Shown: positions 9,529 to 21,200 of the stretch, piece by piece
Layout: every line of letters begins with the position of its first letter
Numbering within the stretch: position 1 is the first letter of the stretch
Assembly (NCBI GenBank): GCA_038320275.1
Contig: JBBQEB010000019.1
Location: 1 to 34,718, forward strand
Reading direction: 5' to 3'
Length of the DNA stretch: 34,718 nucleotides
DNA from: Myxococcales bacterium
GTDB lineage: Bacteria > Myxococcota > Myxococcia > Myxococcales > Anaeromyxobacteraceae
Made by a program: the position numbers and the translations under genes
The notes under the pieces: model-generated
What the model saw: only the letters and a program-made list of their open reading frames with translations
The model's database searches: none
Told to the model about the DNA's origin: nothing

Positions 9529-9785
9529 GGACGTCAGACGCATGGCGCCAACGGTGAAACGCGGGTTTCCGTGACGTGCGGAGATGGACGCACAGGGGAG
9601 TTTCCAGAACCCCGGGGTCGGGCGCCGGGTCCCAGGCGATTTCGCCCGCGGAACCTCGGCTTCGCTGGCAGCCGTACCGTCACCCACCGTGGATCACACG
9701 GCTTGCCGCGCCGCGGGGCAGGTGGGCATCCCATCCCGCCCGCGCCGGGGAAGGAAGCGCGCGACGGCCGCGAGGCGCCGCTGCC

Positions 9786-9814
9786 TTGACACCCGCGGAG
9801 CCGCGTCATTACCT
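9786..9814 (+). promoter_or_regulatory. Possible sigma70 promoter of the metX fusion gene
   Basis: Perfect TTGACA at 9786-9791, 17-nt spacer, weak -10 (TTACCT). Confidence 0.35.
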
Positions 9815-9829
9815 CCTCCGCTCCCCACG

Positions 9830-12067
9830 ATGTCCTCCCCTCCGAATGCCCTGGATCTGGGCGCTCCGGCGCGCGCCGCCTTCCTGGCGCCAGAGACGCG
9901 CTCTCTCACGCTCCCGGGCGAGCTGCCGCTCGAGCTCGGCGGCGCGCTGCGCGAGGTCCGGGTCGCCTATCGCACCTGGGGGACGCTCGACGCCTCGCGC
10001 TCGAACGCGGTGGTGGTCTGCCACGCGCTGACCGGTTCGGCCGACGCGGATCGCTGGTGGACGCGCATGTTCGGGCCGGGACGCGCCCTCGATCCCGAGC
10101 GCGACTTCATCGTCTGCTCCAACATCCTGGGCAGCTGCTACGGCACGACCGGTCCCGCCTCGCAGCGGCCGGACGGCAGCGGACCGTGGCTGGGCGACTT
10201 TCCGCCCGTGACGGTGCGCGACATGGTTCGCGCCCAGCGCGAGCTCCTGCGGGCGCTGGGCGTCGAGCGCGTGGCGCTGGCCGTGGGCGGTTCCCTGGGG
10301 GGCATGCAGGTGCTGGAGTGGGCGCTCTCCTACCCGGAGCTGGTGGAGGCGATCGCCCCCATCGCCACCAGCGGGCGTCACTCGGCCTGGGCCATCGGGC
10401 TCTCCGAAGGACAGCGGCAGGCGATCGCGGCCGACCCGCGCTGGAGAGGAGGGCGCTACGACCCGGCCGATCCGCCGGCCGCGGGACTCGCCGCCGCCAG
10501 GATGATGGCGATGTGCATGTACCGCCACAAGTCGAGCTTCGACGAGCGGTTCGGCCGCCGCCTCCAGACCGCCGAGCTCTTCGCCATGGAGAGCTACCTC
10601 CGCTACCAGGGGCAGCAGCTCGTGGAGCGCTTCGACGCCGCCACCTACGTGGCGCTGACGCGCGCCATGGACGCGCACGACGTGGCGCGGGGGCGGGGAG
10701 ACTATCAGGAGGTGCTGCGCTCGGTGCGCGCCCCGGCCCTCGTCGTCTCCATCGACTCGGACGTGCTCTACCCGCCGGACGAGCAGGCGGAGCTGGCGCG
10801 CGGCATCCCGGGCGCCCGGCTGGTGAGGCTCGCCTCGAAGGACGGCCACGACGCCTTCCTCATCGACGTGGACTGGCTCTCCGACCGCGTGGCCGAGTTC
10901 CGCGGGCGAGCGCTCTCGCGGCCCGCCTCCATCGCGAGGCCGACGGCCGCGGCGGCGCGCGCGCTCGACCGGACGGAGGTCGCGCTGCTCGTGCTGGGGA
11001 AGGGGAAGGTGGGCGGCGAGCTCCTCGACGGCATGGCCCGTCAGCGCGCCGCGCTGGAGCGCGACTACGACGTGGTGCTGCGGCTCATCGGCGTGGCCGA
11101 CAGCCGGCGCACCGTGCTCGACCAGGCCGGGGTGGGGCTCGAGCGGTGGCGAGAGCGGCTGGCGGCGGCCCCGGAGACGGGACCGGTCCGGCTCCCGGAA
11201 GCGGTCGCGCTGCTCGACGGGCTGGCCCGCCACGCAGCGCCGGTGCTGGTGGACCTCACCGCGGCCGACGGCATGGAGGAGCTGTACGTGGAGGCCTTCC
11301 GCCGCGGCGTGCACGTGATCGCGGCCAACAAGCGCCCGCTGGCGGTGCCCTGGCCGGCGCGCGAGCGGCTCATGGCGGAGCGGCGCGAGCACCACCGCCA
11401 CTACCACTACGGGACCACCGTGGGGGCGAGCCTGCCGGTGCTCGACACGCTGAAGGGGCTCGCCCGCATGGGCGACCGGGTGCACCGCATCGAAGGGTCG
11501 CTGTCGGGAACGATCGGCTTCGTCACGGGCGAGCTGATGAAGGGCGCGGCCCTCTCGCTGGCGGTGCGCTGGGCGCGCGAGCTGGGCTACACCGAGGCCG
11601 ATCCGCGCGACGACCTCTCCGGCCTGGACGCCGCGCGGAAGGCAGTCATCCTGGCGCGCGAGCTGGGGCTCCCAGTCTCGGTGGAGGACGTCGCGACGGA
11701 GGGGCTGGTCCCTGCCGAGGTCCTCGCGCCCGGCTCGCTCCAGGAGCTGTACCAGCGGCTCCGGGGCCAGGACGCCGTCCTGGCGGCGCGTTGCGAACGG
11801 CTGAGAGCCCAGGGCCGCGCGCTCCGGTTCCTGGCGCGCATCGACGTCTCGGAGGCCGGGGCGCGCCTGCGGGTGGGGCCGGTGGAGGTGGAGGCCTCGC
11901 ACCGGGCCGCCCAGCTCCAGGGCGTGGAGGCCTACGTCGCCTTCACCACCGACCGGCACCAGGAGTTCCCACTGGTGGTCCAGGGCGCGGGGGTGGGCGG
12001 AGCGCTCACCGCCGGCGGAGTGCTGGCCGAGATCCTGAGCGTCGCGGCGGGGCACGGGGCGAGGTAG
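9830..12067 (+). CDS. metX: Homoserine O-acyltransferase (MetX family) fused to a homoserine dehydrogenase domain
   Basis: N-half: CHALTG, GGSLGG nucleophile elbow, IDSDVLYP, GHDAFL. C-half: GKGKVG, ANK, TTVGASLPV, SGT, GYTEADPRDDLSGLDAARKAVILAR. Start at ATG 9830 is inferred. Confidence 0.9.
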   Translation: MSSPPNALDLGAPARAAFLAPETRSLTLPGELPLELGGALREVRVAYRTWGTLDASRSNAVVVCHALTGSADADRWWTRMFGPGRALDPERDFIVCSNILGSCYGTTGPASQRPDGSGPWLGDFPPVTVRDMVRAQRELLRALGVERVALAVGGSLGGMQVLEWALSYPELVEAIAPIATSGRHSAWAIGLSEGQRQAIAADPRWRGGRYDPADPPAAGLAAARMMAMCMYRHKSSFDERFGRRLQTAELFAMESYLRYQGQQLVERFDAATYVALTRAMDAHDVARGRGDYQEVLRSVRAPALVVSIDSDVLYPPDEQAELARGIPGARLVRLASKDGHDAFLIDVDWLSDRVAEFRGRALSRPASIARPTAAAARALDRTEVALLVLGKGKVGGELLDGMARQRAALERDYDVVLRLIGVADSRRTVLDQAGVGLERWRERLAAAPETGPVRLPEAVALLDGLARHAAPVLVDLTAADGMEELYVEAFRRGVHVIAANKRPLAVPWPARERLMAERREHHRHYHYGTTVGASLPVLDTLKGLARMGDRVHRIEGSLSGTIGFVTGELMKGAALSLAVRWARELGYTEADPRDDLSGLDAARKAVILARELGLPVSVEDVATEGLVPAEVLAPGSLQELYQRLRGQDAVLAARCERLRAQGRALRFLARIDVSEAGARLRVGPVEVEASHRAAQLQGVEAYVAFTTDRHQEFPLVVQGAGVGGALTAGGVLAEILSVAAGHGAR

Positions 12068-12212
12068 GCGCAACGAGCAGGCGGTGATCGACCCGCGGAG
12101 GGCACCGGGACGACCGAGGTGGGGGCGCCCCGTACCTGGAGGACCGCCTTCGCGCGCTCCCGAGAGACCGCGCAGCGGCTGCTCGGAAACGCCATCCGCG
12201 CTCCCCGCGCCG

Positions 12213-12668
12213 TCACGGCTTGACCAGGCGCTCCAGGGTATCGACATCGAGGAGATCCTGGGGACGTCCCGCCGCGCGCTTGTTCAGGATGAGGTGCGCG
12301 CGTCCGATGACGGGGACGCGCTCGCCGCCAAAGGTAGCCTCGACGCGGTCGGGCCACGCCTCCTCGAACTGGACGCCGTCGATGGACGTCAGGACGTCGA
12401 TGCGGTTCGGTCGGACGCCCATCTGGAACACAATCTTCGGCGTTGCGAGATCGCCTGCCGTCAGGTCTCCCAGAGGGGCTCCGAACCGAGCGAGGGCCCC
12501 GTGTACCCGCAAGGCGTTTTCGGGGGTGCGGCGGATCCAGACGTCGAGGTCGGCCGTGAACCGTGGCGCAGCGTGGATCGCGAGCGCATAGCCGCCGACG
12601 AGCAGGTATTCACCGCCCGCCGCGTTCAGTTCGGCAAACAGATCTCTGAAGTCGGGGTTCGCTGGCAT
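12213..12668 (-). CDS. Nucleotidyltransferase-fold protein (DUF6036/AbiEii-like)
   Basis: MPANPDFRDLF...LVGGYALAIHAAPRFTADLDVW...RIDVLT...LILNKRAAGRPQDLLDV. Confidence 0.8.
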   Translation of the reverse strand: MPANPDFRDLFAELNAAGGEYLLVGGYALAIHAAPRFTADLDVWIRRTPENALRVHGALARFGAPLGDLTAGDLATPKIVFQMGVRPNRIDVLTSIDGVQFEEAWPDRVEATFGGERVPVIGRAHLILNKRAAGRPQDLLDVDTLERLVKP

Positions 12669-12831
12669 CCGGGTCCGTGAGCGCAAGGTAATCGAGAACG
12701 AGCCCCCAGGTGGCCTCGAGCCGCTCGGATGGCGTCGCGGCCGACCACAGGGCGCGGTCGAACGAGCCGTCATCGTCTCCGAGCTGGACCACCCGGCTCG
12801 ACCCGGCCTGGCGCTCTTCCCTGCGCGTCAT
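12610..12831 (-). CDS. 73-aa protein overlapping the nucleotidyltransferase start; antitoxin candidate
   Basis: C-terminal end of track ORF 12610..14394 from ATG 12831: MTRREERQAGSSRVVQLGDDDGSFDRALWSAATPSERLEATWGLVLDYLALTDPDASEPRLQRSVCRTERGGR; preceded by a TATGAT -10 box. Confidence 0.7.
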   Translation of the reverse strand: MTRREERQAGSSRVVQLGDDDGSFDRALWSAATPSERLEATWGLVLDYLALTDPDASEPRLQRSVCRTERGGR

Positions 12832-12837
12832 CCCGGG

Positions 12838-12843
12838 ATCATA
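12838..12843 (-). promoter_or_regulatory. -10 box TATGAT 6 nt before ATG 12831 (probable leaderless promoter)
   Basis: Minus strand GGGTATGATCCCGGGATG, no SD. Confidence 0.6.
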
Positions 12844-12902
12844 CCCTGGCAAAGGCGTCGGCGTAGCACCGTGAGCGCCGCGCGTGCGAAGGCTGCCGAG
12901 CT

Positions 12903-14687
12903 TCACACCTCCAGTCCCACCGCCCGCATGAGGGCGAGCGCGTTCGAGCCCTCCACCACGCCGGGGCGGAGATGGTAGTCGAACACCACCTCGTCCCCGT
13001 GCACCTCGTCGGTGAAGTGCGCGTTCGAGGTGCCTTCCAGGGTCTTGGCCAGCTCCGCGAGCGCCAGGTCGTGCGTCGTGACGAGCCCGATCGCTCCGCG
13101 GCGGAGCAGCGTTCGCAGCAGGGCCTCCGCCCCGATGCGGCGGTCGCGCGAGTTGGTGCCGGCCAGGAGCTCGTCGAGCAGGAACAGCACAGGGGGAGCG
13201 CCTGCGCCCGCGAGGTCGAGGATCACCTTGAGGCGGGTGATCTCGGCGTAGAAGCGCGAGCGCCCCTCGGCGAGCGAGTCCTGGATCCGCAGCGTCGCTC
13301 CGAGGCGCAGGGGCGCGATGCGCAGGCGGCGGGCGCGGACGGGAGCCCCCGCCAGCGCGAGCACCGCGTTGGTGCCCACCGTGCGAAGCAAGGTGCTCTT
13401 CCCGGACATGTTGGAGCCCGAGACGAGGAGCAGGCGGGCGCCGTCGCCTCCCAACCTCACGTCGTTCGCCACGCCCTTGCCGGCCGCAAGGAGCGGGTGC
13501 GCCAGGGCCTCCGCGTCGAACGTCGCGCCCCCGTCCTCCACCTCCGGGAACGCGTCGGCCGGGTGGAGGAAGGCGTGCGCCGCCAACGAGGACAGCGCTT
13601 CCAGCTCGCCCACCGCGGCCAGCCAGGCGCGGACCTTGCGGCCGTGCGCCCCGCGCCAGCGCTCCACCGCGACCCCAGCCTGCAACCGCCACCCCAGGAG
13701 AAAGGCAACTGGAGTGAAAGCCTGGTTCTCCGCCCAGCCCGCGAGCTCCACCACCCGCCCCAGCGCGCCGATGCGCCGCGAGGCCAGGTCGCCCCCCGTC
13801 CCGAGCGCGGCCTGAAGCGCGCGAAGCCGCGGATCCGCGAGGCTCTCCCGCTCCAGGCGGCCCAGCAGCTCGCCCAGGACGCGCAGCTCCGCGCCCGGGC
13901 GCTCCACGCCGTGGAGGACCTCGGCCAGCCGGTCGCGGACGCCCCGCCCGAGCGCGTAGAGAGCCGCCACCGCTCCCACGAACCACCACCCCGGCAGCAC
14001 CTCGGCGAACCAGAGCACCAGCGCGGCGGCGGCCGTGAGCGCACCCAGTCCGGCCGCCAGCGCGAGCCCGGGCGGGAGCCGCCGCTCGCCTTCCGCCCAC
14101 CGCGCCAGCCGCTCCGGGTGCACCTCGGCCCGCACGTCCTCGCCCAGCACCGCGAGATCCTCGCGGAGGTCGAGCTTGGGCTCGAGCTCCGCCACCGCGC
14201 GCTGCCTCTCGCGCACCTCGCCGGCGGGCGCCGGAGCGAGGAGCCACCCCGCCAGCGCGTCCGCGCCGGGACGGGTGCGCGCGGTGGAGAGGAGCTCGAA
14301 CAGCGAGCCCTTCCCGAAGAGGTCGAGGTCGAGGGCGAACGGGTGGTCCGGCTGCGCGTGCCGTTCGCCGGCGTCGCCCGTCCCCGCCCAGCATTCGTCG
14401 AGCCGCGAGAGCCCCGCGTCGTGGAACGCCACCGCCCGGCGCGCGCGGCCGAGGGCGGCCAGGGCCTTATCGTGCAGCACCACCAGCACCGCGAAGGCCG
14501 CGAGCGGGACGACGAGGGACCAGCCGGAGACCCGGTGAAGGCCCCAGGACAAGAAGGCCAGCGCCACCATCACCCCGAAGGCGAGGAGCCTCGCCATGGC
14601 GATGCGCGCGTCGCGCCGCTCCAGCCCGGCCACCGCCGCGGCGCGCGCCGCTCGACGCTCGGTGAGAATGGCCCTCGGGTCGTGCAT
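12903..14687 (-). CDS. Membrane-associated MutS-family ATPase (domain V only, not canonical MutS)
   Basis: N-terminal and central TM segments; DLDLFGKGSLF; SGSNMSGKSTLLR; LLDELLAGTNSRDR; TTHDL. Confidence 0.88.
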   Translation of the reverse strand: MHDPRAILTERRAARAAAVAGLERRDARIAMARLLAFGVMVALAFLSWGLHRVSGWSLVVPLAAFAVLVVLHDKALAALGRARRAVAFHDAGLSRLDECWAGTGDAGERHAQPDHPFALDLDLFGKGSLFELLSTARTRPGADALAGWLLAPAPAGEVRERQRAVAELEPKLDLREDLAVLGEDVRAEVHPERLARWAEGERRLPPGLALAAGLGALTAAAALVLWFAEVLPGWWFVGAVAALYALGRGVRDRLAEVLHGVERPGAELRVLGELLGRLERESLADPRLRALQAALGTGGDLASRRIGALGRVVELAGWAENQAFTPVAFLLGWRLQAGVAVERWRGAHGRKVRAWLAAVGELEALSSLAAHAFLHPADAFPEVEDGGATFDAEALAHPLLAAGKGVANDVRLGGDGARLLLVSGSNMSGKSTLLRTVGTNAVLALAGAPVRARRLRIAPLRLGATLRIQDSLAEGRSRFYAEITRLKVILDLAGAGAPPVLFLLDELLAGTNSRDRRIGAEALLRTLLRRGAIGLVTTHDLALAELAKTLEGTSNAHFTDEVHGDEVVFDYHLRPGVVEGSNALALMRAVGLEV

Positions 14688-14753
14688 GGCCGGGGAAGCT
14701 ACCGCGCGTCACTCTCCGGGCCACGCTAAAGAAGGGCGAGGAGGAACCGCTGC

Positions 14754-16282
<1,529 letters not shown>

Positions 16283-16286
<4 letters not shown>

Positions 16287-17292
16287 GGCCGGCCGGAGCG
16301 TCCGCAGCGCCGACAAGACCAGCCCCGGTGGACCACGGCGAGAAGCTCGAGCTGCGATCGGCATCTCCTCGTGCCTCCTCGGTCGGAACGTCCGCTACGA
16401 CGGCGGTCACAAGAAGGACGCCTTCCTCACCGGCCTCCTCGCCAGGTTCGTCACCTTCATGCCGGTCTGCCCGGAGGTGGAGCTGGGGCTCGGCACCCCG
16501 CGCGAGGCGATCCGTCTGGCGCGCCCGGGGGAGGACGGGCTGGTGCGGCTCGTCACCCAGCCGAGCCGCCTCGACCTCACCGACGGCATGCGCGCTCTCT
16601 CGGAGAAGCGGGTGCGGGCGCTGGAGGGGGCCGACCTCTCCGGCTACGTGCTCAAGAAGGACTCGCCCTCCTGCGGCATGGAGCGGGTGAAGGTCTGGGG
16701 CGCCAAGATGTCGACCAAGGACGGCGTCGGCGCGTTCGCAGAGGTGCTGCTCGCGCGCATGCCGCTCCTTCCCGTGGAGGAGGAAGGGCGGCTCCACGAC
16801 GCGCCCTTGCGGGAGAACTGGGTAGAGCGGGTGTTCGCCTACCGGCGCGTGCGGACCCTCTTCCTCTCGCGGTGGACGGTGGGGGCGCTGGTCGCGTTCC
16901 ACACCGCCGAGAAGCTGCTCGTCCTCGCGCACGAGCCCGCGGCCTACGCGCGCCTGGGAAAGCTCGTGGCCGGCGCCAAGGGGGCGTCGCGTGCGCAGCT
17001 CGCGCAGGCGTACGCGGCCATCTACATGGGCGCGCTGGCGAAGCTCGCCACCCGCGGACGGCACGTGAACGTGCTGCAGCACATGGCGGGCTATTTCAAG
17101 AAGCTCGCCACGGCGGACGAGCGCCGCGAGCTGGAGGAGTCAGTCGCGGAGTACCGGCGAGGGCTCGTGCCGCTGGTGGTGCCGGTCACGCTGGTGCGCC
17201 ACCACGTGCGAAGGAACGGCATCGCCTACCTCGCCGGCCAGAGATACCTGGAGCCGCATCCCAAGGAGCTCATGCTGCGCAATCACCCGTGA
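16283..17292 (+). CDS. ybgA: YbgA-family protein (DUF523 thiouracil desulfidase-like + DUF1722); apparent 1-nt frameshift near 16356
   Basis: [45 protein letters not shown]; the coupled ATG at 16283 is in a different frame from the body. Confidence 0.82.
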
Positions 17293-17318
17293 GGACGGTC
17301 GCCGGCGAGGTGCCCGGG

Positions 17319-18116
17319 CTACTTCTTTCCCGAGCCCGGCTCCGTCAGCTTGCGGTGCTCGGCGGAGGCGGCCGGCTCCGAGAGCACTTTCTTGGCGGCG
17401 GTGGCCTGGACCGCGTTCTTGAACGAGCCCGCGATGACGTGGTCCTTGCCCGCCATGAGGGCGTCGTACCCCTCTTGCGCCACCTGCGCGGCGTCGTCCT
17501 TCTTGTCGGTGCCGACCTTGGTGTCGTCCATCCCGGCGCGGTGGAAGAAGTTCGTCTCGGTGGGGCCGGGCATGAGCGCGGTGACGCTGACGCCGTGGTC
17601 GGCGAGCTCGTTGCGGAGCGCCTGGGCGAAGGACTGCACGAACGCCTTCGACGCGCCGTACACCGCCTCGAAGGGCGCCGGCATCCACGACGCGACGGAG
17701 GAGGTGAAGAGGACGCGCCCCTTCCTCCGGGCCGCCATGTCCTTCGCCACCCGCTTCGCCAAGTGCACGGTCGAGGCGACGTTCAGCCGGACCAGGTTCA
17801 GCTCCGCCTCGAGGTCCGTCTCCAGGAAGGACCCGCCCACCCCCACCCCGGCGTTGATGGCGATGGCGTCCACCGGCCTGCCGAGCGCCCGGATGCGGTC
17901 GTAGAGCTTCTCCACCCCGCCCTCGGCCGCGAGGTTCACCTGGAGGCTCTCGACCTGGGCCCCGGCCCCGCCGAAGTCGCGCGCGCAGTCCGCGATGCGC
18001 GCGTCCTCCGCGCAGACGAGGAGGTCGTGCCCGTTGCGGGCGAAGACCATGGCGAGCTCGTAGCCGATGCCGCTGGAGGCGCCGGTGACCACTGCGAGGG
18101 GCTTCGGGTCGGGCAT
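17319..18116 (-). CDS. Short-chain dehydrogenase/reductase
   Basis: MPDPKPLAVVTGASSGIG, INAG, YGASK, PGPTETNF; start re-set to 18116. Confidence 0.93.
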   Translation of the reverse strand: MPDPKPLAVVTGASSGIGYELAMVFARNGHDLLVCAEDARIADCARDFGGAGAQVESLQVNLAAEGGVEKLYDRIRALGRPVDAIAINAGVGVGGSFLETDLEAELNLVRLNVASTVHLAKRVAKDMAARRKGRVLFTSSVASWMPAPFEAVYGASKAFVQSFAQALRNELADHGVSVTALMPGPTETNFFHRAGMDDTKVGTDKKDDAAQVAQEGYDALMAGKDHVIAGSFKNAVQATAAKKVLSEPAASAEHRKLTEPGSGKK

Positions 18117-18234
18117 GGCAGCATGGTGTGGATGGCTATGCGCCCGGTGCAAGCAGGGGGACGAGGCTGGTCGCCCGCACGCCGCGACGCCTCCCGGAGC
18201 GAGCGCGGGAACACCGGACCATCCCGCCGGGAGA

Positions 18235-21200
18235 CTAGCCCTCCGCGTCCTCCCCGTCCGATGCATCGACATCCGCCCGTAGCGGCCACTCGAGGCGATC
18301 GACCTTGCGAGGGTAGCGCGCGATGACGGCTTTCTGCCGAGCGGTGAGCTCGTAGAGTTGTTCGGTCACCTCGTCCAGCTCTTTCCAGAGAGCGGAAAGT
18401 ATCCCGCGAGCTCCCGAGCGCTGGCCCTCGTTGGACGCCTCGCGTAGCCCCTCCTGATGCTGCTCGATGAGCGTTCCGAGCTCCGCCAGCCGCTCCGCGA
18501 GTGGGCTCGTCTTCAGTGCCTCGAACGGCAGCGGCACCAGTGAAGCGAACTGCTTGTTGAGCTTCCTCCACCCGCTGTCGTTCAGCCCAGCCTTGAGGCG
18601 CGCGAGCGCGTTGAACGTGGTCGAGTTGCACATCGCCGCTAGCGCCACGAGATCGATGGCATCACCCCGAACGGTGAGGCTGTTGACGTTCACGTTGTCC
18701 TGGTAGACGTCTCCTTTCAGGTCGACGGTGGCCATCGTGTCCTCGATGGTCATGGGAAAGAGCACCTTGGGCCGAGCCTGGGCCACGAGATTCTGCGGCC
18801 GTGTGTACAGGTGCCAGCGGTCACGCCCTTCCTCCGTTTCGACGGCCTCCCGAAGCGTTCTGCGGTTGTGCTCTAAGTACGCCGCTGTCTTCGGGAAGCG
18901 CCGTTCGAGCTCCGGCCAGCGGATCTCCGTCCAGCTCTCGCCTTCTACGTCGTACGGGAAGATCACCCAGGCGTCGGCGTTATCTCGTCGGAACGGGTAG
19001 AAGCCACGGTTCCGACAGAGCGGCCGTAGCGCCTTCCTCTCGAGCTCGACGTCCGCACCGAGGCCGTTGGCTCCACGCACGGTGCGGGCCGTCACCTCGC
19101 GAGGCTGGATCTGGTACAGCTTTCCGTAGAGGGTCTGAAGGCCTACGGTGATGTCCAAGGCCCGATGGCTGCCGATCGTGCCGTGCCTCTTCGCAAGCTC
19201 CCTGTGCACTTCGAGTAGATCGGGCTGATCCAAGGACCAGGGGTCGTCATCGAGGTCGGCCGCCGCTATACGCACCTTCACAGAGGGTTGATCTGCCTCC
19301 GCGCCGGCGATGTTCGCGTACGACCGGTACTCGAACGCTGGCGACTGGGCCTGCAGGACGAGAATGGTGGTGTAGGTCGTCCGGTTCGGGAACACCTGAA
19401 GGTCACGGAAATCCTCGACGGCTTCGAGCAGCTTGCCCTTCCGCAGCCATCGTCGGGTGGACTCGCCGTACTGGGTCTTGAAAAACCGGTTCTGGATGAT
19501 GAACCCGAGGCGGCCGCCGGGCCTGAGCAAGCTCACGCCTCGTTCCATGAAGGGCATCGCGATGTCGGTCTTGCCCTGATCGACGGTGACGTACCGGCCG
19601 GTCTCCACGAGATATCGGTACATCTCGGGCATCCACTTGCGGTATCGCTTCACCTCGATGTAGGGCGGGTTTCCGACGACGGCGTGGAAGCCACCTGACG
19701 TCATCACGTTCCCGAACCCGAAGAGGCGATCCTTCCACGAGAACGGCATCGTGGCGGTGACGCGGTCCGGAGCGATACCGAGCCCGGCGATATCGGGGCC
19801 CACGAGTGAGTTTCCCTGCCGAATGTTCCGGCCGATCCCCGCCAGCAGATCTTTCGGGTGCTCCGGCAGGTCCCCCGCGGCCCGGCGCAGGTGACGAAGG
19901 GCCAGCGACATGCGAGCGACCTGGACGGCGTTCGGGTCGATGTCGACGCCGTAGAGGCACCCTTCGATGATGCGACGGGAAGCCTGGACGGAGATGCGCA
20001 GCCCCTCCTCGTCGTCCAGCACCAGTCCTTCACGTCGGGGGTCGCCCGGGTACGCGCGCGCCCAGTCGAGGATCGCTTCCTCCAGATAGTCGTAAACTCC
20101 AAGGAGAAAGCTCGCCGAGCCGCACGCAGGGTCGAGAACCCGCAGCCCCAGGATGGTTTCCGGGTCCGCGCCCCGGGTGAGAGGCCCGAGAGTAAGGCTC
20201 ACCACGCGTCGAACCACCCAAGACGGCGTGTAGACGGCGCCGTTCGTGCGCTGGTACTCGGGCTTGAACTCGTCCTCGACGTCGTTGCCCGTGACCCGGA
20301 GGCGCTTCCCCAGGAAGCGCTCGTAAATGCCGCCCAGGAGCTCGAGCGGCACCGCATCGAATCGGTACGGCTGCGGGTGGTAGAGGCCGCGAACGATGTG
20401 GACGAACACGCGGCCCTTCAACCACCACTGGCGCAGGTGGGTCTCGATCCGCGTCGGATCGTCTTCCTCCCGATGCGGGAACAGGAGACCGTCGTACAGC
20501 TTGCGGTAGCGCTGCTCGTGTCGCTCCACGAACAAGGGCCAGAAGCCGTCCCCGTGGTTCGCCATGTAGTTCAGCGACCCGTATTCCTCGAGGCCCAGTT
20601 CCTCACACAGCCTGAGGAACACGATGCGGTCGAGGATGCGCTGTGCCGCTCCGGAGATGATCTCGGGGTCACGCGTGTGCCCGTAGCGGAGGATGGACTT
20701 CGCCAGCTCGACGCGCCACTCCGACAGGTTCGCCTCGAAGGCGACGTCGAGCGGCTCGGCACCCCGGGGACGTTCACCCTCGGGATGGAGCCGCTGCAGC
20801 GAGCCCCCGAGGATCGCCTCCCGGGATAGGTACTCCCACAGCAGATCGAAGTTCTCGAGGTAATGGGTATACCGAACGAATTGGATCCGGGCGACGCGGG
20901 CTTCATCCGAGGGCTGCGGCTTGTGGCGGCAGTCCCAGATCGCGAGCTCCCGGAAGTCGCACGCGTAGCTCACCCGAAAGCCAGCGGACCAGCCATAACA
21001 GCGCACCTGGTACGCAATGGCCTCGTCGTCCTCGATCGAGGCCGCGAGCCGCTTCGCATCGATGTACAGGATGCGCTCGCCTGCCACCTTCAGGGCGTAA
21101 TCGGGCCTGTTGTGCGTGATCCCCTCGCGCTCCAGCCGGCGCGCCTCGCGCCCGGCGATGCGATACTCCTGGCGCACCTGGGCCGGGTCGGCAGCGTTCC

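Noticed and set aside
9584..9829. N-terminal extension of MetX in the ORF track (likewise extensions of flgC, flgB, SDR, phr, egtD, pepN and the first MFS)
   Set aside because: Family similarity starts later, and coupled or RBS-supported downstream starts fit better.
9580..9830. SAM or c-di-GMP riboswitch between the flagellar operon and metX
   Set aside because: Only fragments resemble them (ACGCACAGGG, GGCAGCC); SAM-I core and c-di-GMP GCAAA motifs were not found. An Rfam scan would settle it.
12068..12212. GC palindromes (GGGGCGCCCC) between convergent genes as terminator or ncRNA
   Set aside because: No U-tract; short GC dyads are expected by chance at this composition.
12903..14687. 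Canonical mismatch-repair mutS
   Set aside because: Too short, has TM helices and lacks the mismatch-recognition domain.
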